DNA of 64,000 nt from an uncultured virus (IMG/VR IMGVR_UViG_3300017917_003066). Its lineage: Duplodnaviria; Heunggongvirae; Uroviricota; Caudoviricetes. This document shows, one piece after another, positions 1 to 8,762 of this stretch. A model generated the notes under the pieces. It saw nothing but the letters and a program-made list of their open reading frames with translations, searched no databases and was not told the DNA's origin. Numbering within the stretch: the stretch's first letter is position 1; each line of letters begins with the position of its first letter. Where the stretch lies: the IMG/VR virus record IMGVR_UViG_3300017917_003066; one strand, 5' to 3'. Both the position numbers and the translations under genes were made by a program.

Positions 1-501
1 AACAAGAGCTATTGAAAATACAACAGATATTTTAGATGCGATTCTCCTTGCTTGATATCTATTTTTACTAAGATTTGCATAACTTCTAACAATCTGACCA
101 CCATCCATAGGATAAATTGGTAAAATATTAAAAATAAAAAGATAAGTATTGATTATAAACATTGAGTTTAAAAAATCAATAGGATAAAATATACTAGCAA
201 TATAAGAAATAACGGCTAATATCAAAGTTGAAATAGGACCAGCTGCTGTGATGGGTATTGAATCTCTATCATGCATATTTGAGTCGATTGCCGCAGCACC
301 TGATAACATATCTACTGTTATACTATGTACGGTGTAGCCTTTTCGGTTAGCCATCCAAGCGTGAGCCATTTCATGTATTAAAACTGAAATAAAAAGACCA
401 ATAGTCACTTCAACGGAAAACATAAGAAAAAGTAGGAAAAACCACAAACTAAGGTAAACAGGAGTTCCTTGAAAATTGAATAATTTAAATGATTGCTTCA
501 T
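1..501 (-). CDS. Site-2 protease (peptidase M50), runs off the window edge
   Basis: Manual translation from ATG at 501: MKQSFKLF...LIHEMAHAW...AAGP...FNILPIYPMDGG; HExxH and NxxPxxxxDG motifs in hydrophobic segments. Confidence 0.9.
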   Translation of the reverse strand, partial: MKQSFKLFNFQGTPVYLSLWFFLLFLMFSVEVTIGLFISVLIHEMAHAWMANRKGYTVHSITVDMLSGAAAIDSNMHDRDSIPITAAGPISTLILAVISYIASIFYPIDFLNSMFIINTYLFIFNILPIYPMDGGQIVRSYANLSKNRYQARRIASKISVVFSIALV

Positions 502-561
502 TGATATAATATTTTTTACAAATATAAGGAGTATTATCCGATTTATGAAATGTTTTAAAAT

Positions 562-590
562 AAAAAAGACCCAGCTAAAAGCTGGGTCTT
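562..590 (-). terminator. Intrinsic terminator closing the RNA operon
   Basis: AAGACCCAGC-TTTTA-GCTGGGTCTT followed by a T-run on the minus strand. Confidence 0.85.
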
Positions 591-591
591 A

Positions 592-1505
592 AAACGCTGA
601 GATTACACGTTCAGTGTGACATCTTTGACTGGATTATTGTTTCCCAGTTTTATCCACCATCTTTTGAATGGTATCGTCACAGTGACGGTTAGTTAGACTA
701 ACCACTTCTTGAGTTACTGAATACTCTCCACTTACTCTGCTTACTCAACCCTCGCAGGCTGATTCGGGCTTCGACCCCCTATAAGTTTTTCGATGAAATC
801 ACATCAGCCTTTCGAGCATCAGTGGCTATGGACATCCCATAACTAAGTAGTCACCTTTCATCAGTAACTAGGTAACACTTTCGATTTTAGATTAAGTTTT
901 TACGCCAAATGTAAAATTTAAGTGCTGTAGATTATGTCGAAGTAGTGGTTACCTCTCAGCTCCCAAAGCTTTTGACCTCAAGAATACTGGACTACTCCGT
1001 GTGATGCCTCCATCACAACTCTTTAAGATATCTTCACCACGACTCACCTTGCGGTTTATCTACACCCTTGGTAGAGTGATTAGTGTTCATTAACAGCACC
1101 ACCTGTACAACGAATTGTCTTTCGACTTTGAGACACCTCTCAAGTTGAAACTCGCAATTATAATGACTGGTGGGTCACCATTTCTTGCAAAATTTCTACA
1201 GGTTATTCTTATTGCTCTTCCGAACTCAACTGAACAATCTACACTTGCCCAGTCACTAATCCATTTCCCTACGGAGTTACCCTCAGTACTTCAGGCTTAG
1301 TGATATCCTGCTTGCTTACTCGACCTCAGTTACCCAAGACGCAGACACAATTTGCAGTTGTGTCCACTTTATCCCCCTTTCAAGGTTTATTTAACGACTA
1401 TAAGCGGCCGTTGCCTTCACATCAACCGAAGTTGATGATCCAACAATATCATTTAAGGCTCAATAGACCATCTGTCTACCAACTTTCGTCTCTTGTGAGA
1501 GAACC
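592..1505 (-). ncRNA. Large structured ncRNA, GOLLD-like (ends approximate)
   Basis: ~0.9 kb with higher GC than its flanks and no credible ORF; many hairpins (CATCAAC-UUCG-GTTGATG at 1420-1437, a GCAA-capped stem ~1344-1364, stems ~1000-1016 and ~1120-1150); lies downstream of tRNAs and upstream of a terminator; size and tRNA/phage context fit GOLLD. Confidence 0.6.
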
Positions 1506-1510
1506 TTTTA

Positions 1511-1545
1511 TTTCAAAGAACTTACTTTATATCCGACGTTTCGGA
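1511..1545 (-). promoter_or_regulatory. boxB-like hairpin plus boxA-like antitermination element
   Basis: Minus strand TCCGA-AACG-TCGGA hairpin, then GTTCTTTGAAA. Confidence 0.6.
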
Positions 1546-1580
1546 AAAGTTTAGAAATTTTTTTCAAATTTCTTTTTTAG

Positions 1581-1667
1581 TAGCGGGAGCAGGATTCGAA
1601 CCTGACGTGTCACTTGCGCAACCCTGGGTTATGAGCCCAGTGAGTTTGACCTCTACTCTACCCCGCG
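1581..1667 (-). tRNA. tRNA-Met(CAT), initiator type, with long variable arm
   Basis: CGCGGGG acceptor with unpaired C1; anticodon arm CTGGG-CTCATAA-CCCAG (three G-C pairs); GGTTCGAATCC T-arm. Confidence 0.85.
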
Positions 1668-1676
1668 ATATATTTG

Positions 1677-1772
1677 TAGTCGGTAGTGGATTCGAACCAC
1701 TGTCTGATATCGGAAAAGATATCTGTCCTGTTCACTCGCGCGATTGTGAGTTTGCCACTAGACGAACCGGCC
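1677..1772 (-). tRNA. Atypical tRNA-Glu-like gene: 8-nt anticodon loop, ~22-nt D-loop insertion
   Basis: GGCCGGTTCGTCTAGTGG...AGGAC; GATAT-CTTTTCCG-ATATC; AGTGG-TTCGAAT-CCACT. Confidence 0.7.
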
Positions 1773-1782
1773 ATATTTTTTG

Positions 1783-1946
1783 TAGCCCGTAGAGGATTCG
1801 AACACTCTGTTTTCTAACCGAAAAGTTAGACGTCCTAAACATCAGGTCATACTTATTTTGGGTGACGCTCCCAATGGTTACCAACTACTGGATAAGTATT
1901 TTTTTGACCGTCTGTTTCTCTTGCGAGTCCTGTAGACGAACGGGCC
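1783..1946 (-). tRNA. Atypical tRNA-Glu-like gene: 8-nt anticodon loop, ~90-nt structured D-loop insertion
   Basis: GGCCCGT/ACGGGCT acceptor; TCTAA-CTTTTCGG-TTAGA anticodon arm; T-arm with one bulged T. Confidence 0.65.
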
Positions 1947-1956
1947 ATATTTTTTG

Positions 1957-2030
1957 TAGTCGGTAGAGGATTCGAACCTCTGTCTGATATCGGAAAAGAT
2001 ATCCGTCCTGAGCCACTAGACGAACCGACC
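1957..2030 (-). tRNA. tRNA-Glu-like gene with 8-nt anticodon loop
   Basis: GGTCGGT/ACCGACT acceptor; GATAT-CTTTTCCG-ATATC; AGAGG-TTCGAAT-CCTCT; no encoded CCA. Confidence 0.8.
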
Positions 2031-2047
2031 ATTTGTTTTTTGTCTTA

Positions 2048-2243
2048 CAAAGATAAGAATAATTTTTTAATTCACCAAATCTTTTTTTATTTTTTTTCAG
2101 ATTTTTTATTTCTGATTTGTCTTACAAAGATAAGTAAACTTTTTTAATCTACCAAATCTTTTTTTATTTTTTATTTCAAAGAACTTATCAGACGTTTCTG
2201 ATTTGTGAATACAAAGATATAACAAGTTTTCAATTTCACCAAA
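2048..2243 (-). promoter_or_regulatory. Three tandem Bacteroidota-type housekeeping promoters plus a second boxB/boxA-like element
   Basis: TATCTTTG at 2048-2055, 2125-2132 and 2212-2219, each 20 nt from a TTTG; hairpin 2187-2202 and GTTCTTTGAAA at 2174-2184. Confidence 0.8.
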
Positions 2244-2273
2244 TATTTTATAAAAAAATTCAATATATATCTT

Positions 2274-3110
2274 ATGAAATATTTAATTATCTTTATATCA
2301 ACACTTTTACTTTTCTCTTGTGAGACTATTAAAAAGTCTACTGAAGTTAAACCATTAAATAAGCCTGACCAAATTGATTCGTCTAGAGCTATTTTAATTG
2401 ATACTTTAATATTAGATACAGTTCCCATAAGATTAGAGGCTATGGAGGTGAAACCAGATAGATTAGAAGTTAATAAAAAAGTACCAAATGAGGAGGACAA
2501 GATAGCAAGAGAACCAAGTAGTATTGATGATATAGAGAAAGTTAATAATCATGAAATAGTAGATAAATCAAAAACTTCAGATATAAAATCATCTTTAGGA
2601 CTTGTCGCTCATTCAGTTCCAAAAATTATGCAAGTTGGGAAAACATACACAGTAAAATTAAGAATATCAAAGGAAAAGAACAAAGCTCAATTAATAGACG
2701 GAAATGGTATTCCTATATCTGATGTTAGATTTGATTCTAAAATAACTATAGCTTCTATAAGAGTTGAGCCTGTTATGTCTGCTAAATTAATATCAGATAG
2801 TTCAAAGATGATAATTCAATCAACTTCAACTTCAATTCAAGATATAGAAAAGGAAGGATTCACCGAATGGGAGTGGAGATTAACTCCTATAAAAGGAGGT
2901 GATATCTTTTTGAAGATAATGGTTAGTGTAATTGTTGATGATAATAAAGTTATAAAAGACATACCAGTTTATAATGATGTTGTTAGTGTTAAATCAAATA
3001 TATCATTTACTATAAAAGGATTTATTAGTGAATACTGGCAATGGATTATGACTACTATAATAATTCCACTAGTTATTTGGTTTTATAATAGGAAAAAGAA
3101 AAAAGATTAA
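2274..3110 (+). CDS. Predicted lipoprotein with C-terminal TM helix
   Basis: Lipobox LLLFSC; hydrophobic C-terminus WQWIMTTIIIPLVIWFY. Confidence 0.7.
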   Translation: MKYLIIFISTLLLFSCETIKKSTEVKPLNKPDQIDSSRAILIDTLILDTVPIRLEAMEVKPDRLEVNKKVPNEEDKIAREPSSIDDIEKVNNHEIVDKSKTSDIKSSLGLVAHSVPKIMQVGKTYTVKLRISKEKNKAQLIDGNGIPISDVRFDSKITIASIRVEPVMSAKLISDSSKMIIQSTSTSIQDIEKEGFTEWEWRLTPIKGGDIFLKIMVSVIVDDNKVIKDIPVYNDVVSVKSNISFTIKGFISEYWQWIMTTIIIPLVIWFYNRKKKKD

Positions 3111-3222
3111 ATTATCTAAAATTATTAGTAGGTCTTGATTTCACCTAGATAAGTGTGTTCATTTTGTATTTTTTAAAGTTTTATAATTAATATATAAATC
3201 AAAATTAAGATTAACCACTACT

Positions 3223-5124
3223 ATGAAATTACTAAAACTTTTAGGAAGTTTAATGCTCTTCCTGACCTTATCTCTCCCGGCATTCTCACAATCCGGACCC
3301 CCAGCACCTTCTTCTGGTATCTGGGCCATTATCGACACCAATTACACAGTTGGTACACACACATTAGGTTACACTAATGCAAAAATCACACTACAAAATA
3401 CTACAGCTAATTTAACAACAGGTGTTCAGTTTAGATTTTTCTATGATAACACTGCATTTTCAGCATCATCTGTTTCTTTATTAGGATCTACTAGTAACCT
3501 TTATCTACAATATGTAGATAACAATGCAAATGGTTATGTTACAATAACACTTGTGTATACTGGTTCTAGCAACAGTTACTCACTTGCAAACGGTGAAACA
3601 TTTTTAATTCAATTTACACATGTTAACCCAGCAACGTTTCAAAACATAACAGCAATTAGTAACTTAACTTGGTCAGGGGCTTATCCTTATTCTCAAGTTG
3701 CAGCAGAACAACCAGGTAATGATATAGCACTATCTTTACATAACTATGGAGGTATATTCAATCTTCCTAAGTTACAATATCATGGTACTTTTACAAACGT
3801 AACAGGAAGTGCTGCTAAATATTTACCTTTATCTCTTGAGAAAAGACCTAAGACTGGAGGTTCTTGGTCGGTTCAACAAACATACTTAACAGATACTTTA
3901 GGTAAGTTTAACATTGACGAGATTGTAGACACTACTTATTGGGATGTTAGATTAGCCATAAAAGGTGACACAATGGGTGTTGGTAACGTAGTATCTGTTG
4001 CTGATGCTCAACAAATAAATCAGTGGGTTATTGGATCGCAAACTCCATCAGATTGGGATTTCTATTCTGGCGATGTAAACGGTGATAACTCTTTAAGTAT
4101 ATCTGATGCTTATGGTGTATTTGGAAGAATTGCTGGTAGATTTTCAGTTTGGCCCAATAGCGTAATGGATGTTAAATTCTTCACAAAAGCTCAATATGAT
4201 ACAGTAGTTGCAAACCCTTCTACTAATTACACAGCTACTTATCCAGGTGTAACAAACTTCTATCACAATATAATTGCTGGTCAACCTGACTCAGTTCAGT
4301 TTTATGTGTTAGTTCCTGGTGATGCTAACAACACTGGATATCACATGGCTCGTATAACACCTATTGAAATTGTTGATCCATTATTAACACCATTTAATGT
4401 TATAGATGAGACAGTTCAATATGACTTTGTAGTTCCAAATGTTGAAATAAATGTTCCTAGTCTTTCTGTACAAGAAGGAAACTTAGTTAAACTTCCTGTT
4501 AAATTATTTACAGGTGGTCAGAAAGTTGGTTCTTTACAACTTGGTTTAAAATTTGATGGTTCTTTATTAGAGTTCAAAGAACTTATGAATAGCCAAAAAT
4601 CAATGAATTGGATGACATTTGTAAATCCTATGGATTCTATAGTAGAATGGGGTGGGTTTGACAGAACAAATGGTCAAAACTTATTCATTGACGGTGAGAC
4701 AATATTCACTCTTTACTTTTTAGCAAAAAAACCACAAGGTGAGTGGGGTCAAAGTCCACTTTACACTACAAGAAAATTTGTAGGAGCTGAGAATTGTGGT
4801 GATATGGGTGTAACACCTACAAATGGTCTTTATCAAGTTAAAATGATAGGTGGTATTTCTCTAAAAGAAAATGAAATAATTGTTTATCCAAATCCAACTA
4901 CTGGTGACGTTACTATTAAGTTTAACGTACCGGTTGATGGAAATGTTAACCTTTCTTTCTCTGATGCTAATGGTGCTATAGTAAAAACAATATTTGAAGA
5001 TTATATGCCTAGTGGTAACTATACTTATACAACAAGTCTTAGAGGTTTAGCTACTGGTACATATTATACTATATTAACATCATCAACAGCTATATCGGTT
5101 AACAAGACAATACTTGCAAACTAA
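3223..5124 (+). CDS. Secreted cohesin/dockerin-like protein with T9SS C-terminal sorting domain
   Basis: Signal peptide; two cohesin-like beta-sandwiches (GVQFRFFYD; SLQLGLKFD); dockerin-like GDVNGDNSLSISDA; C-terminal IIVYPNP...TGTYY. Confidence 0.75.
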   Translation: MKLLKLLGSLMLFLTLSLPAFSQSGPPAPSSGIWAIIDTNYTVGTHTLGYTNAKITLQNTTANLTTGVQFRFFYDNTAFSASSVSLLGSTSNLYLQYVDNNANGYVTITLVYTGSSNSYSLANGETFLIQFTHVNPATFQNITAISNLTWSGAYPYSQVAAEQPGNDIALSLHNYGGIFNLPKLQYHGTFTNVTGSAAKYLPLSLEKRPKTGGSWSVQQTYLTDTLGKFNIDEIVDTTYWDVRLAIKGDTMGVGNVVSVADAQQINQWVIGSQTPSDWDFYSGDVNGDNSLSISDAYGVFGRIAGRFSVWPNSVMDVKFFTKAQYDTVVANPSTNYTATYPGVTNFYHNIIAGQPDSVQFYVLVPGDANNTGYHMARITPIEIVDPLLTPFNVIDETVQYDFVVPNVEINVPSLSVQEGNLVKLPVKLFTGGQKVGSLQLGLKFDGSLLEFKELMNSQKSMNWMTFVNPMDSIVEWGGFDRTNGQNLFIDGETIFTLYFLAKKPQGEWGQSPLYTTRKFVGAENCGDMGVTPTNGLYQVKMIGGISLKENEIIVYPNPTTGDVTIKFNVPVDGNVNLSFSDANGAIVKTIFEDYMPSGNYTYTTSLRGLATGTYYTILTSSTAISVNKTILAN

Positions 5125-5130
5125 AAACTT

Positions 5131-5162
5131 TAATCACTCTCTGGGGAACTGGTGAGTGATTA
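5131..5162 (+). promoter_or_regulatory. Intergenic RNA hairpin, copy 1
   Basis: TAATCACTC-T-CTGG-GGAA-CTGG-T-GAGTGATTA. Confidence 0.6.
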
Positions 5163-5192
5163 TCTAAAAACAAAAAAAAAATAAACACAACT

Positions 5193-5513
5193 ATGTCAGA
5201 AGAAACAAATGTAGAAACAAATGACGGTACTTGGTCAAGTCTTAAAAAGACTATCATTGGTGCTATTTCAACGGCTATATTAGCTGGTGGTACTTACTTA
5301 ACTACACACTTATTTAGTGGAAGTGAAGAGAAAGAGGAAACTAAAACTGAACAAGTAGCTCCAGCTGCTCAACCAGTTATCAATGTTAACCTTGAAAATA
5401 ATAACACAAACCAACAAAAGCAACAAGGTGGCGGAACAACTACAATTATTAAAGAAACTGTAAAAGAACAGCCTGCTAAACAAGAAAAACCAAAAGAGGA
5501 AGATCCTTGGTAA
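5193..5513 (+). CDS. Small single-TM membrane protein
   Basis: One hydrophobic helix followed by a polar tail. Confidence 0.65.
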   Translation: MSEETNVETNDGTWSSLKKTIIGAISTAILAGGTYLTTHLFSGSEEKEETKTEQVAPAAQPVINVNLENNNTNQQKQQGGGTTTIIKETVKEQPAKQEKPKEEDPW

Positions 5514-5521
5514 TTAAATAT

Positions 5522-5553
5522 TAACTCACTTCTCGGAAACGGGTAGTGAGTTA
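5522..5553 (+). promoter_or_regulatory. Intergenic RNA hairpin, copy 2
   Basis: TAACTCACT-T-CTCG-GAAA-CGGG-T-AGTGAGTTA. Confidence 0.6.
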
Positions 5554-5584
5554 GCTACAAAAAACAAAAAATAAATTAAAAACT

Positions 5585-6223
5585 ATGGCAATTAAAAATT
5601 TCTTTACTAGCAAAACAGACTATGTAAAAGTAGAAGACAAAAACAGATTCTATTACATGCTTCAACAAATGCAAGCAAATAGATGGAGAATTACAGCAAT
5701 CGTATTAGGATTATTCTTTTTTATAATTTTAGGTATAAATGCTGGTGTTTTTATAGGAGCATCAATTAACGAGGACTGGAAAGAAATGTTACTAATTCTT
5801 TTAGGTGCTTTTGTTGGTAACTTAAATAAAGTTGTTGATTACTGGTTTAATTCAGAAGATAGAGATAAAATGTTAATTCAAAAAGTTGATGAGGAAGATG
5901 GTGTTGCTCTTTCTAATGTCGGTGAATATCCAGACAGTCCAAAAGAAAATACACCTATGCCTGACTATACATCATCTATGAAAAAAAAAGCTGAAACAGT
6001 AGTAGAAACCGAGACAGTATCATATGAGCCAGTAGTATTCGAGAAAGTTGAAATTGATGAAGATGGTGATGGTGTAAATGACGGTTATGATACAGATGGT
6101 GATGGTGATATTGATGAATATTTCCCACACAGAAACTGTGAACACGTTTGGGGTGATAAAGACGGTGATGGTTATGAAGAATGTCAAAACTGTGGATTAT
6201 TAAGAAATGACTTAGATAACTAA
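5585..6223 (+). CDS. Two-TM membrane protein with Ca-binding-like DxDGDG repeats
   Basis: Two TM helices; DEDGDG, DTDGDG, DKDGDG; CEH...CQNC. Confidence 0.7.
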   Translation: MAIKNFFTSKTDYVKVEDKNRFYYMLQQMQANRWRITAIVLGLFFFIILGINAGVFIGASINEDWKEMLLILLGAFVGNLNKVVDYWFNSEDRDKMLIQKVDEEDGVALSNVGEYPDSPKENTPMPDYTSSMKKKAETVVETETVSYEPVVFEKVEIDEDGDGVNDGYDTDGDGDIDEYFPHRNCEHVWGDKDGDGYEECQNCGLLRNDLDN

Positions 6224-6243
6224 CTAAAAAATAAAAAATTAAA

Positions 6244-6975
6244 ATGAGACCACTACGAAAACTTATTATATCAATTGCATTGATATTTGGATTTATTCAA
6301 ATTGCTAATGCTCAAATAGGCTCTGTGAAAACTGAATCATATCAAGCAGAGTTTGAAAAGAAACAATCAATAGACAGTGTATCAAACTATACCGATACTG
6401 TTAAAGTTCCAATACAACTTCTTAAAATCGGAATCAATGCCGAGTTGTATGAGATGTACCCTGAACTAAAAGATAAAAGGGTTGGACTTGGTGTTACAAA
6501 TATTGTTATCGAGTATTTAGAGATGACTAACAGATTTATCTTTACTGAAGATAAACTTGAGATTAAAGAAAGAATGATCGCTCAAGATAAAGCCTCAGAT
6601 AAAGGAATATCTCAAAATAAAATTGAGGTAAAAGGAAATGTTATGTTGGCTAAGTATTTCGTTTACATAGAAGTTTATGACTTTAGTGTATCGGAAGACG
6701 ATGTAGTTAGAACTAACGGACAGTCTCAGACAACACAAACTACTAGACTTGGATTACAGATTAAATTTGTAGATGCAGAGACAGGTGAGGTATTAGTTGG
6801 ATCAGGATTGGGTGAGGCTTCAACTGTTAAAACTGTTTCAATATTAGATGGAATTGATGAAACTGCTGTCAAATTTAATCAGTCTACAATCGGTATAACA
6901 ACTAAGAAGGCTTTAGAAACAGCCTCTTCAAGAGTTGTATCTAGATTGATTAAAAAAGGCATATTTAAAAACTAA
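6244..6975 (+). CDS. CsgG/HfaB-family (curli secretion channel-like) protein
   Basis: Signal peptide; ..TNRF..E.. and LQIKFVDAETGEV pattern typical of the CsgG fold. Confidence 0.7.
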   Translation: MRPLRKLIISIALIFGFIQIANAQIGSVKTESYQAEFEKKQSIDSVSNYTDTVKVPIQLLKIGINAELYEMYPELKDKRVGLGVTNIVIEYLEMTNRFIFTEDKLEIKERMIAQDKASDKGISQNKIEVKGNVMLAKYFVYIEVYDFSVSEDDVVRTNGQSQTTQTTRLGLQIKFVDAETGEVLVGSGLGEASTVKTVSILDGIDETAVKFNQSTIGITTKKALETASSRVVSRLIKKGIFKN

Positions 6976-8762
6976 TGAATTTTGCAAAGTTTATACTCAC
7001 TATATTATTATTCATTGTTCCAATTCTTAGTTGGTCTCAGACTTCATATGTCTATACATATACCGATCCTTGTACTGGATTAGTAAAGAGTTTTAATGTA
7101 CCTACGAATGGTGTTACTGTTACCTATTATGGTCAAATTCAGACTTTTCAACCTGTAGACTTCACAAATGGTAACTTTAATAATTGGGCTAATAGTGTTT
7201 TTAGTTCATATGGTGGTAATAACCCATGTGGATCTATTCTCGGTGTTAGTACATCAGTTGCCATAGCACAACAAACAGCAATTAACTTTATCAGTATTAT
7301 TAATAATATTTCAGCAATAAGCGACTTACAACAAAGTATATCAGGAGGAGCAACTGATATACTAGGAGGCGCTGTTAACTCCACAAAAACTGAGAAAAAA
7401 GATAAGAAGGGAGATAAAGACAACTCACAAGGTGGTCAGACTAATGGATCTAACGGTCAAAGTGGTCAAACTAATAACCAAACAGGATCTAATGGTCAAA
7501 CTAATAATCAAACAGGATCTAATGGTCAAACTAATAATCAAACTAATACAAATAGTCAGACCAACTCTAACACCAATGTGACTAATAGTCAGAGTGGATC
7601 TAACAGTCAAACTAATAATCAATCAAACAGTGCTAACCAAACAGGATCTAATAGTCAAACAAATGGTAGTAATAATCAATCTACTAACAGTCAATCTAAT
7701 GGAAGTAATCAAACAGGTTCCAATAACCAAACTAGTTCTAATGGTTCTAACAACCAATCTAATGGAACTAATGGGAGTAATCAGTCTACTTCTAATAGTC
7801 AATCCAACCAGACAGGTTCTAATAACCAAACTAATAATAATCAGTCAGGTTCTCAAACAAATGGTAGTAATAATCAATCAGGCTCTGGTAATCAATCTAA
7901 CAGTCAGACAAATGGATCAAACGAACAAAGTGGTGGTACAAATGGTTCTAATCAAAACAGTGGTCAGAATACCAATCAACAAAGTTCAAATGGAAATGGT
8001 GGTGATAAAAAAGCACCAGATAACACATCAGGTAGTGATGCTACAAAAGAAGAAGAAAAGAAAACAAACATATTAGGTGGTACTTTAAATTCTGTTCAAA
8101 ATGCATCTGGAAAGAGCGAAGGTGGTAAACCAACTATTGTTTTAAGTAGTGACTTCTCTGGATTTAACTTCAAAGACGGTGAAGTTGTTTTTGGTGGAAA
8201 AGGTACAGCAGGATTCACAAGTATGAATTGGGATGGTACAAAAACACATGGTTTTCTATTAGATTATACATCAGTTATAAACGGACCAAACTTCACAGCT
8301 TTTTACGGAAACATAGCTAAAAGAAGAATAGACTTAATATCTTTAACTGGTACAAAAAGTTTTATTGGTAGAGGATCTTTTTATGGTACGTTAGCAGTTG
8401 GACAAATGTGGAGTTTTCCAAAGGTTAAAAGTCTTAAAGTTATTTACCTAGCAACCGCATCTTTTGGAAATGTATATCAAGAAAATTTTCTAGGAACAGC
8501 TCTTATATCAGGTGGTATGTATGATTGGAAAGTTTCAAAAAGAATAGATGTTAAGATGATGGGTTTATTTATATACGCACCATATGTTAGTTATTATAAT
8601 GATATCTTATTAAAATCACCTTATGTGGTGATGCCTATTATTGGGTCAAATATAGCAATAACCAAAAAGTTCAAATTTAATATCAATTTTGGTGGTGCTT
8701 ATGCAATAAATGAAAACGTAATGAACTATACTTTAATGTTCGGAACAAGAATGGCTTTATGA
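6975..8762 (+). CDS. Secreted protein with N/Q/S/G-rich repeat region and C-terminal beta-barrel-like domain
   Basis: Signal peptide; ~190 aa of QTGSN/QTNN repeats; alternating amphipathic strands at the C-terminus. Confidence 0.75.
   Translation: MNFAKFILTILLFIVPILSWSQTSYVYTYTDPCTGLVKSFNVPTNGVTVTYYGQIQTFQPVDFTNGNFNNWANSVFSSYGGNNPCGSILGVSTSVAIAQQTAINFISIINNISAISDLQQSISGGATDILGGAVNSTKTEKKDKKGDKDNSQGGQTNGSNGQSGQTNNQTGSNGQTNNQTGSNGQTNNQTNTNSQTNSNTNVTNSQSGSNSQTNNQSNSANQTGSNSQTNGSNNQSTNSQSNGSNQTGSNNQTSSNGSNNQSNGTNGSNQSTSNSQSNQTGSNNQTNNNQSGSQTNGSNNQSGSGNQSNSQTNGSNEQSGGTNGSNQNSGQNTNQQSSNGNGGDKKAPDNTSGSDATKEEEKKTNILGGTLNSVQNASGKSEGGKPTIVLSSDFSGFNFKDGEVVFGGKGTAGFTSMNWDGTKTHGFLLDYTSVINGPNFTAFYGNIAKRRIDLISLTGTKSFIGRGSFYGTLAVGQMWSFPKVKSLKVIYLATASFGNVYQENFLGTALISGGMYDWKVSKRIDVKMMGLFIYAPYVSYYNDILLKSPYVVMPIIGSNIAITKKFKFNINFGGAYAINENVMNYTLMFGTRMAL
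7420..8000 (+). repeat. Degenerate tandem repeats encoding the N/Q-rich tract
   Basis: 30-nt unit GGATCTAATGGTCAAACTAATAAYCAAACA repeated near 7470-7545, with degenerate copies beyond. Confidence 0.8.

Noticed and set aside
592..1505. rRNA, tmRNA, RNase P or group I/II intron
   Set aside because: I recognised no hallmark sequences of these classes and there is no interrupted host gene; a covariance search is still needed
1115..1792. Plus-strand ORFs 1115..1300, 1300..1554, 1607..1792
   Set aside because: Antisense to the structured RNA and tRNAs; non-ATG starts and atypical composition
1783..1946. tRNA intron in the D-loop
   Set aside because: Too short for a self-splicing intron and no clear bulge-helix-bulge; treated as a structural insertion, but splicing is not excluded
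2039..2172. CRISPR-like direct repeats
   Set aside because: Only two copies, explained by duplicated promoters; no cas genes or array anywhere in the window
7148..8076. Overlapping ORFs 7148..7423, 7425..7622, 7594..8076, 7623..7829
   Set aside because: Shadow frames produced by the low-complexity repeat
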